DNA of 64,000 nt. It comes from Flaccisagitta enflata. Its lineage: Eukaryota. Below the pieces are notes generated by a model. The model worked only from the letters and a program-made list of their open reading frames with translations. It did no database searches and was not told the origin of the DNA. The DNA is taken from the NCBI GenBank assembly GCA_965153355.1, contig OZ231126.1, positions 49,600,001 through 49,664,000 of the forward strand, written 5' to 3'. Position numbers and translations under genes: made by a program. Positions 54,473 through 64,000 of this stretch are shown here, one piece after another. Every line of letters begins with the position of its first letter. Position 1 is the first letter of the stretch.

Positions 54473-55256
54473 GACAGAGAGGGAAACAGAGACAGAGACA
54501 GAGACAGAGACAGAGACAGAGACAGAGAAAGATACAGAGACAGAGACAGAGAGAGAGGCCAACGGACAGAAGAAGACGCAAACACAAGTAAACACTAACA
54601 GACGGTGACAGAGACCGAGTGACAATCACAAACGCACAAACAGAGAAACTCAAAGACAAATCGGGAGAGAACGACGAACGAATGACTCAAAGACACGGAG
54701 ACATAGAAAAAGACGCAGAGAGAGACGGAGAAAAAGACGCAGAGCTTGCGCAAAAAAAAAGAAAAAAAAAAAAAAGAAAAAGGAAATAGGAAAGAAAATG
54801 GGAGGATTACTTTAGATGAAGGGAAAAAAAAAGAAAGCCTTCAAGATTGCTACCATTTGAAGTAACCTCTATTTTTGCATGGCTCTTGGCACCGAAGAGG
54901 CGCCTCAGGGTGTTACTTTATCAATCCGTTTTACTGCTCACGAAATGTCATTGCGGTTAGTTTAAGAAAAAGAAATACGAGGTTTTTACTTTGAACGCCA
55001 AGAACGCCAAGAGTCTCTGCTTATGTATGATTTTCCAGGGTGACTTCAGTCGCAAACAGTTGGACTTGTTAAAACTTGCAGTATGTCGAATAAAAGGTTT
55101 CAATTGTTAGCAATTTTTGAAGGAAATTATTCTGACTTTAACACGGACGAAGCTGAACTGTACTGTCATTCTGAGTCAACACTCAACACTGACAGTATCA
55201 AACGAATTTTTTTCGCTGTCGGTCTCCAATCTATTGCAATTTCATCAAGTAGTCAT

Positions 55257-58200
55257 TAGGGCGTAGTGAAATGCGTAAAAATGGATCTAATATCACCATG
55301 GGGGATTTTTATTACAGTTTATAGGTTAGTAGACCAGAATGGAACAGTTTGATCATTAGATATGATGGTCTAGTTTCGCGGAATTTGACCACAATATGCA
55401 AATGATATCATTGGATTTTTCAACTTTTTTTATGGTGGCCTGTGGGTTAGCCACTACATGAAGGGTAGAGGGTTGATTGCCTCGGTTGGAATTAGCATTT
55501 GGTTTCCATTTTTTCATCAAAATTAATGCATTAGAGGATGAATGCTACAATTCTTGTACTTATTTTGATCTATTTATCTATTTTACCCGGGGCCCACTTG
55601 TTTTAAGCAAGAGGAAAGATGCGCGAAAATTGCGAAAATGATAAGAATTGTTTGATTTACGACTTATCTTGTTCTTTTTATATGTGATCAATGGATAGAA
55701 AAAAAACCCTTAGTATTGGTCTTGATTGAACGATATTTAGTAGTAGAATATAAAGTTCTAAAAATACATAATAGGAGCTCCTAGGGGCCCCTTCAGGGGT
55801 CCTTATAGTGCTCCAAAATAGCTAAAATTATAATCAAAAATGAGTTTTTGTTGTGGTTTCACCGTACAGGTGGATGGAGCTGTAATTTTCACATAAAGAT
55901 ATTGTTATCTGGTGGTGGGGTACACAAATTAAGCCTAGGGACCCCCAAGGAGGCCCATCTAGGGACCCCCAAGGAGGCCCATCTAGGGTCTCCCTTAAGG
56001 ATCAAATAGTCATAAATAAAATATTTGCATTTTCAGTAGTTTTTGGGCAGGGGAACTTTCATTTGTTTGTCCGTTTGTCCATTTGTCCATTAGTTCATTT
56101 GTCCCACCCCCTTGAGCCTCTCAGGCTTAAAACTAGGCCTCTGAGGCCTCAAATCAGGGCTCTCAGGCCTCATATTGAGCCTCTCAGGCCTAAAATCAGC
56201 CCTCTTCAGTCGGAAATCAGCTGTCTTAGGCCTTAGATTATCCCTCTCAGGCCACAAATCAGCTCTCTCAAGCCTCAAATAAGCCCTTTCAGACCTCAAA
56301 TTAATCCCCCGAGGCCTCAAATCAGCCCTCTAAAGCCTTGATTCAGTCCTATCAGGCCACAATTCAAGCCTCTCTGGCCTCAAATCAGTCCTCTTGAGCC
56401 GGAAATCAGCTTTCTTAGGCCTCAAATCTTCACTCTTGGGCCTCAAATCCTCCCTCTCAGACCTCAAATCAGCCCTCTCAAGCTTAAAGTCAGCTCTCTA
56501 GGGTCTCAAATAAGCCCTGTCAGGTCTGTAATAAGCCCTCTCAGGCTTAAGATCTGCCCTCTCAGGCCTCAAACCACGGATGGACGAGTGGACGTACGAA
56601 TGAAAGTCCCCCTGTGTTTTACAGGACTTCGCCCCCTTCAGGGCAGTTGCCCTGCTTCCCCCCTAAAAATCATAATCATGCAAAGCAGGGCATTGGGTAT
56701 TGCTGACCACATATTTGCCCTTGAGCGACTGGTTTTCTCTTTTATGGCAATGAAGGGCCAATTTATCTGTTCAGACACTCACATAGGGCAGGATAGCTAG
56801 ATGGGAATAGAAGAGCTGGTTTAAGATTCTCTATGGCATGGGCCTTTCCTGAGGGCTCAAAGAACCCAAAACTGCCAAAAAAGACCAAAACTTGATATTT
56901 TTCATGTTTTATTTTTTTTTTGCTTCAAAGTCAATAAACTGATTTATCACACCTGCCTAATATCATCTTCCAAAAAAATGTTGCAACCTAAGATTTTTGT
57001 TAGTTTATTAGCTAAACAACAGAAAACAGTCAATTGCAAATCAATCAATAATTGATATTTGCTCCCCCAGGCTCAATGATGGCCGCCATTTGCCAGGGAA
57101 GTAATTTGCCGAGCCTCTGGAAGCTCTGTAACGTGATAATGCTCCCAACTTGTGCAACAAAATATGTTTGCCTTTTCTGTCTCTGAGTGACCACACCTTT
57201 TTAACATCTGGATCAATTTCTTTTGCTAAAAAAAGAAAAGATGACCCTCAAACTCAATTATTCCTAGATTCATCAAAAAACAAATGAGTTATGATTGTTT
57301 GATTGGAAAAGGTTAAATGATTAGATTGGGTTACATGGTCAGATTGGGTTGAGTAGTAATGTTGTCCAACTTTCATGAAAAACAGTCAAATAAAGGATCT
57401 TTCTGAAGCAATCATTTTGTTCAAAGTTAAATCGCTTCTAAACCAATTAAGTTAAGAAGATGCAGTTTGCACGGCTGGCTTGGAAATTTGAAGAGCTCTA
57501 ATTTTGTTACCAATTTTTTAAAGATAGGTAAAATCGTTTATAAGTAATTGATTAAAATGTGCTGCAATATTTTTTTTGGAAAATAGTATCGATGGAAAAA
57601 TAAATTCATTCATTCCTTCATTCATTCATTCATTCATTCATTCATTTATTCCTTCATTCATTCCTTCATTCATTCATTCATCCAATGATTCATCCTTTTG
57701 TTCATCCATCCATTTGCACATTAATTAATTGGTCGACTTATTCATTCATACACTCATTGTTTCACAGACTGATGAATGAAAATAGTTTTTCACTTGGTGA
57801 AATTATCAATTTAGCTCCTTGCGTACACTTTCAATTCCAGACTTGCTACTGGAACTGCACAAAAAAATAATGTAGTGTTGGTTTAATAGAAAGTTGTTGC
57901 CTCATTTACCATCTTTATTCCATGTTCAGCTGCCTAAATGTGGCAAAGATATGGGGGTGGTTTAAAAGGGGTGGGAATGATTTCATCATTTGAATTTTGA
58001 TATCGTGAACGCAACTAATTATAAAATGAGGATTTTTCAGTTCTCATTAAACAATCCTAGCAGAAGCTCAGGTTGATCAAACTATAGAGTTGCTTGAGGG
58101 TTCAACATTTAGACAAAACGAGAAAAACAATGCTGAAGCAAATCAGGTTGCCATTGGCACTTAACACCTGAAAAAACGGGCTATAGTCAAAGAATTTTGG

Positions 58201-58503
58201 TTGGCTGAAAAAGGGAGTCATTACAGATGGAAGAAACCAAGATTATTTCTCTATGAGTTAGGCAATGGAGGGAAGTGCAAGATTAGTGCTCTTGGATTTA
58301 GGCTTTAAAGCTGGATTTTGAGCCTTGATGCTAGGATTTCTGCCACGAGGCGAGGATCTGGGCCTCAAACTGGAATGAGTCAAGGGGGGGCGGGGGAAGA
58401 AGAAGAAGGAGAAGGAAAAGAAGAAGAAGAAGGCATGGTTCACTGACCTTGTTTTAGGTGCCAGAAGACGGATCAATGACGGCTGGATTGACAAAAAGTC
58501 CTG

Positions 58504-58562
<59 letters not shown>

Positions 58563-58988
58563 AAATTTGATTTATACCGTATGTCTTATTTATCATTGAA
58601 TTGAGACGCAAGACAGAAAAGTGGAAAAATTCAGATCGCTACCTCTCCCTCCTCCTCCTCCTCCTCCTCCTCCACAATCCATAACAACCCCTAAATCACT
58701 TCATTTCCTCCTGCTATGTAATTGCCCCATCACTAGGTCCATTAGTGTATTTATAGGGTTGTTTTCCGGAGTTTAATGAGGGCTGTTTACTTAAACCTAA
58801 CTGGCACATATAGCGAAAATCTGGAAAATCATGAAAATCTCATTTGCATATTGTGGTCAAATTCCGCGCAACTAGACCATTCAAAATTGACCCAAAACTG
58901 GTTCATTCTCATTCCTAAGACCCATACCCGTCATAAAAATCCCCCATGAGGTCTGTGAAAATGAATCCCGACATCTGACTACGCCCTA
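55257..58988. mobile_element. 3.7-kb hAT-like non-autonomous element with 8-bp TSD
   Basis: GTAGTCAT|TAGGGCGTAGT ... ACTACGCCCTA|GTAGTCAT, with ~150-200-bp imperfect inverted termini. Confidence 0.85.
56044..56735 (+). mobile_element. Degenerate GGGCAGCGGCCCC-family element with a 21-bp array
   Basis: (AGGCCTCAAATCAGCCCTCTC)n and a GGGTATTGCTGACCAC tail. Confidence 0.65.
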
Positions 58989-59149
58989 GTAGTCATAGGA
59001 ACCCTTTTCCTCTTGGAAGTTTAAGTCCCTTGATTCCTACACCAAGAATTGCGTCTACGCACGCGATTATTATGATTTCTTTGTATTCGTCAGCAATAAA
59101 GCGACAGTGGCAAACGACACAATCACAGATGACTATTCTACAATTTTAG

Positions 59150-59545
59150 GCAAATTTCGAGCAATGTGCGATAAAATAGAGTTAGAATGATACGGCAAGC
59201 GATTGTAAAACTTTTTTGCGTGATCTACTAAAGATATCAGTGAGTGACCTGTAGCCAAAAGACTCGCGTAATTGTCGTATGCTCTCCCACCTATTGTACC
59301 CAAATATCAGGCGCAAAGCATCATTGTCGACATTGACGACGGTATTGCAATTTTGGATTTGTCGAGAAAAATAATCCTTCACTGCACAGGCATAAGAAAG
59401 AGTCGGTATGCAATTAGAATACAATAACTCCAGAGGGTTTTCTTCACTAGGTTTGTTAACTACGGTTAGGATGGAATTTGATGCTCGATAGAATTTAACG
59501 AGGTCATTTTCGCATGAGAAAGAAAAGCCTTTGTCGTTGCAAGTG
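59150..59545 (-). pseudogene. Decayed LINE ORF2 C-terminal fragment
   Basis: GFSFSCENDLVKFYRASNSILTVVNKPSEE/LYSNCIPTLSYAC...NDALRLIFGYNRWESIRQLRESFGYRSL resembles the post-RT region of APE-type LINEs and contains a frameshift. Confidence 0.65.
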
Positions 59546-59713
59546 AAACAAAACCCCTCACCAACACTGAAGAATGAGTAAGTTATAGAAAAGGGTCTTT
59601 TGAACCCTCACTTTACTGACAAGTCACTATCTTGGAAAAAGAAATCTTTACACTTTGAATAAAAGTTCATTTATTGACGTAAAAATGAATACATATCAAT
59701 TGAAAATCCATTG

Positions 59714-59850
59714 ATATCTAGAGTGAGCCCCCTTTGATTTTACCACAGCCGCCATTCATCAGGGCAGCCTTTTGTAAAGCTTCTTGAGGTACTCTGGAGT
59801 GATGGAGCTCCAGAGCCCAGACCTTTTCTCGACTTCTTTCCTTTGCTACG
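59714..59850 (-). pseudogene. Tc1-family transposase C-terminal remnant
   Basis: LWSSITPEYLKKLYKRLP**MAAVVKSKGAHSRY matches the Tc1 C-terminal pattern W..I...L..L..SMP.R..AV...KG..T.Y. Confidence 0.7.
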
Positions 59851-60088
59851 ATTAGACTCAAAACCCCAAATAGACTCCACAAATCATAGAAAAATAGTGG
59901 ACATAAATGAAGCCCGTCAAATTTGCAAGCAGTCTACGCAAACTGCATCTGTCTAGCTCATCTCATTTAGAAGTAATTCAAACAAGCCCGACCGGGCAAT
60001 GATGCGTCCTGACTGTGTCTCTGCGTGTATTGAATCTTATGCTTGATGTTTCCGGTTTGTTGTAACAGGAAAGCTGATACTAAAGGGT

Positions 60089-60603
60089 TCGGGTGTGTCA
60101 ATATGCAAAAGGTTTTTTGATGAGACCATCAACATCAGACAGCATGAGGTATTAAATTTTAAAACCTTTAGCATTTTTATTTTATCAAAATTTATTCATC
60201 TTCCATTTTTTTCAAAACCCCTATTTAGACGCTAATTTGTATATTGTTGTGTTGATGATTTTCCATCAGTATCATTGTTACTGAACTTAATCAGATTCAA
60301 CACATGAATATCTTGGTGCTAATTCAAGTTGCAACAAAGTAACGGTTGTTTATTTATCACCAAAGTTGTATAAAGAGACAACAACCAATTTTTTTTGTAG
60401 AAATTATGAGTCTTATTTTCACCAAAACTCAGTGCAGATGCTGACAGTATATATATTTTTGACAATCTTTTCTTGCGCTAAAAAAATGGAAGATGAAGGA
60501 AATTTTAAAAGATAAAAACGCTAAAAATCTTAAAATCGTTTTGTTTATACTCCCTGATGTCGATGATCTAATCAAACATACTTTTGCATATTGACACACC
60601 CGA
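60089..60603. mobile_element. MITE with 9-bp TSD (Mutator- or Merlin-like), apparently nested in a HINE-like element (59981-~60818)
   Basis: CTAAAGGGT|TCGGGTGTGTCAATATGCAAAAG ... CTTTTGCATATTGACACACCCGA|CTAAAGGGT. Confidence 0.85.
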
Positions 60604-62018
60604 CTAAAGGGTAGCAGCAAACCGGGCTTACTTGACTTAAAAGAAAAGTATACAAAGATATGACAAAAAAATTTAATTGTGGAGGTGGGAAGGATGGGAG
60701 CTTAATCAACTAAGACAAAAAAAACAGGACAGAGAGAACTGACCTTGAGGAATGGACACACAGATGGACAGACGGACAGACCCTCTTATACAGATAGAGA
60801 TGCGAAGACGCATCTAAAAATGGTTGGGGGCGTTGGTGGGTGATTTGAGATGGCTTGATGTGATTTTAGCAGAGGCGTAACGGACACACGGATGGACGGA
60901 CCAACGGACGGACAAACCCTCTTATAGAGATGCGAGGACGCATCTAAAAAGAGTGAAGTGATATTGTTAAAGATCATGTAAAAGTGAAAAAAGCTAAATT
61001 GAAAGATTTCATTCAAAAGTGAAAATTTTTTGAACGCATTGAGTTAGAGAGATGCGGTTTGCAAATTTGCAAATTTGAAGGGCTTTAATTTCGTCACCAA
61101 TTTTTTAAAGACTGGGCGCATGTAATCCAAGATATTTGTTAAAACGTAAGTAAAGATTTCTTTTTCCAAGATAGTACTACGCACTTGTTTTCCATTTAGC
61201 AAACTCTTTCGACAAAAATCCATTCTGAGTCTAATCCGAAACATAAATGCTTACAAAAATAGATGAGGGCAAATGATGGTTAGTTTTGTCGTGGGGGGGA
61301 GGGGTGTTGGAATTCTTTGTAGGGAGAAACTTTTCCCTTTTTCGCCATTTGGGCTGAACATGCAAAAAAAAAAAAAAAAAAAAAAAAAAGATAAAAAACA
61401 CCCTTACAACGTTCATGGCACCCAATGTAGCGATTCAATGGAGAAATGAGGAGAACAAGAAGCCATTCTTTGCGCGTGTTTTCACGTAAGCTTCAGACCA
61501 TCATTCATACTATCAATTGGAAATATCCTATTGTTTTTATCAAGTGGGGTAAATAAACGCGGCAAACACGGACACAAACACATACGGACACACACAAACA
61601 CACACGGTTACACACAAATACACACGGACACACACGGACACACTCAAACACACACAAACACACACAAACACACACGGACACAAACACACACGGACAAAAA
61701 CATATTACTCAGTACCTTTGATTAGAATGTCCGGCGGTCGCTTTAAGCTTGACCTCGATTCTATCCTTTAGGGGTATGGTTTTTTAACAATGTTTCCCTC
61801 GGGTGATTTATTGAATTTTGGTTAAACAGGTAACAATCATTTGCCCTTGACTACTTTTGGTGAGCAATTTGCTTTTTGGGTAGATGGAAAGGAAGTTTTT
61901 CAGATTCTGTTTTATGGAAAACTAGGAGTGGTGCGCGTAATAACTGGTCAGTAAGGGTTCACAAGGCCCTCTTCCATTTATGTCAGTGTTGGTATAGTGA
62001 GGGATTTTGTTCCACCTA

Positions 62019-62134
<116 letters not shown>

Positions 62135-62227
62135 ACACACACACTGACATAGCAGACTTACCGATTTGGACATACCTGGCTGGTGTCATGCTAAGCCAAC
62201 CATGGACGGGGTGAAATTCATCAATTT

Positions 62228-63191
62228 TAACCTTGGGGAAATAAAAAATGGCGGATTTTTAAAACCTTTCTTCTGAACCTCAACGTAAGAAAAATAGGTT
62301 AAAATTGGTGATGCCTGGAAAGCTCTTCGAAAGATCTTTCATTTGAGTTGTGTCTGGAAATTCTAGCTCAAATGGTTTGGAAGCTACAGTGATTTGAATA
62401 AGACTACTCATTTTCTGGTCTGCCCGTATCTCAATGGAAAGGAATTGGAAAAAAATTTAAAGTCATAATAAAGATAGAAGACTTAATCCGATTGTCACAA
62501 AATTTTAGGTGGTAATTAGGTTGTATGTCATCTCATACCAGTTAAAATTTTGTGTTAATCGGATGATTTTTACTATGGTTTTCATACTTTTTTATTCCAG
62601 ATCTTAGAAAAATAGACCAAAATTGACATCCTTTGCTTCAGTTGCATATATTTCTCTACTGTCTTAACAAAACATTTTCTTTGATGATCCAGCCTAAAGA
62701 TCTTTCCCAGAGCTTAAAAACCATCATGAATTTGATATGATTTTTATCAAATTTTCTTTGTCATAATGATTTAAAATGAAACAGGTTGTTGTCTCATTAC
62801 CTCTGGTTTTTCTTGCAAATTTCCAAATCTTTCTCATGATAAAAAGGATAGAAAAAATTGACCGATTTGGATCATTTTTTAGGAGCTGTTAGATGAAGGT
62901 ATGTATTGCTTTCAGTTCAAATTTGATCTAAATCAGAGAAGTTTTACTATGGTTTTTGGATATTCTTTTTTAAGCAATCATTCTTCATATGAGGTCAGAG
63001 CAGAAAAGGGGTAGTCTCATTTAAATAGCTCTAACTTTTAAACGGTTTGAGCCAGAGTTTCCAGACACATCTCAAATGAAAGATCTTTCGAAGAACTTTC
63101 TAAACATCACCAATTTTGATTAGTTTTTCTCAATTTAAGGTAGATAGAATTAGTTTTCAAAATTCCGCCATTTTTTATTTCCCCAAGGTTA
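62228..63191. mobile_element. MITE, TAACCTTGGGG family
   Basis: TAACCTTGGGGAAATAAAAAATGGCGGA ... TCCGCCATTTTTTATTTCCCCAAGGTTA. Confidence 0.85.
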
Positions 63192-63357
63192 CATGTTTGA
63201 AAATTGAGCAAGACCATACGTCATCATGTAGCTTAGCTATTATTACATACGGATCCGGTTACGAATCGTCATCGCAAGCACCGGTAGTATAATACTGAAA
63301 ACGATTTGTATTTTCATGATGGAGAGTACAGTGCAGAAAGCAAAAAACGAACAATTT

Positions 63358-63402
63358 TGCCTAAATTTTCGATAACCACTTTGGGCATCATCATCAGAGG
63401 CA
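63358..63402 (-). ncRNA. Minimal type I hammerhead ribozyme (putative inverted pLTR of the second Penelope element)
   Basis: UGCCU-CUGAUGA-(UGAUGCCCAAAGUGGUUAUC)-GAAA-AUUU-AGGCA. Confidence 0.7.
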
Positions 63403-63515
63403 GAATGGGAGAAAGAGAGAGAGAGAGGAGAATTTAAAGGGTAAAGAGAGACAATTGGGGATTGGAGAGAGAGGAGAGAAACAGATGGTTTGGTCAAATG
63501 ACCAGAAAGCCCAAG

Positions 63516-64000
63516 AATGAAGTCCATCCCCGGGTTCAATTCACCCGGGAAGAGGAAGAGGACAAGTCCATTGCTTTTCTAGACGTCTACCTAACCCGCC
63601 AAGATAATGGTTCCATCTCCACCCGTGTTTACCGTAAAAGCAGCAATACAAACATTACCATCAAGCCCCAATCTTGCCAAAACCCCCTAACCATCATAGC
63701 CACATTTAAGGGTGAACTTTGCCGTGCCCACAAGCTCTGCTCCTCCCCTGAACAAACCCAAAAAGAAATTAACTTCCTCTTAGATTTATATCAAGACAAT
63801 GGCCATGACAGAGCCAAACTCGCGGCCATTGCTGCCGAATATAAACCCCCATCCACATCTCAGGCCAAGAAAAAAGATCGAACCAAACGCATACAAACCA
63901 GCAGACAAGGCAACAATGAGGAAACCATACCCGAGAATCTGTTTGATGTGCTCCCTTTTAAAGATGATAACTCAACAGACGAGGAATATAAACCATTCGC
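63516..64000 (+). CDS. Second Penelope-like element: RT C-terminal/thumb region, 5'-truncated, runs off the window
   Basis: Not in the ORF track. Manual translation gives NEVHPRVQFTREEEEDKSIAFLDVYLTRQDNGSISTRVYRKSSNTN...RAHKLCS...EINFLLDLYQDNGH, homologous to the ORF at 42653-43918. Confidence 0.85.

Overview
Repeat-dominated eukaryotic (probably invertebrate animal) DNA with no host gene I can support. Almost all of the ORF track is microsatellite artefact. The real coding signal is all transposon-derived: (1) an intact 379-aa Gag-like ORF (2783-3922, minus) with no pol, preceded by a putative ~920-bp LTR and a primer-binding site that is complementary to an 11-mer inside that LTR (possible Tf1-style self-priming); (2) two 5'-truncated Penelope-like elements (42386-44152 minus; ~63243-64000 plus) whose pseudo-LTRs carry minimal hammerhead ribozymes; (3) decayed LINE 3' ends and a Tc1 transposase C-terminus. 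The rest is a nested mosaic of DINE-1/Helentron-like non-autonomous elements, MITEs with TA, TAA, 8-bp and 9-bp target duplications, a foldback element, an 81-bp minisatellite (~20 copies), a local ~1.9-kb duplication and many microsatellites. All family assignments come from motifs read by eye; no database search was run.
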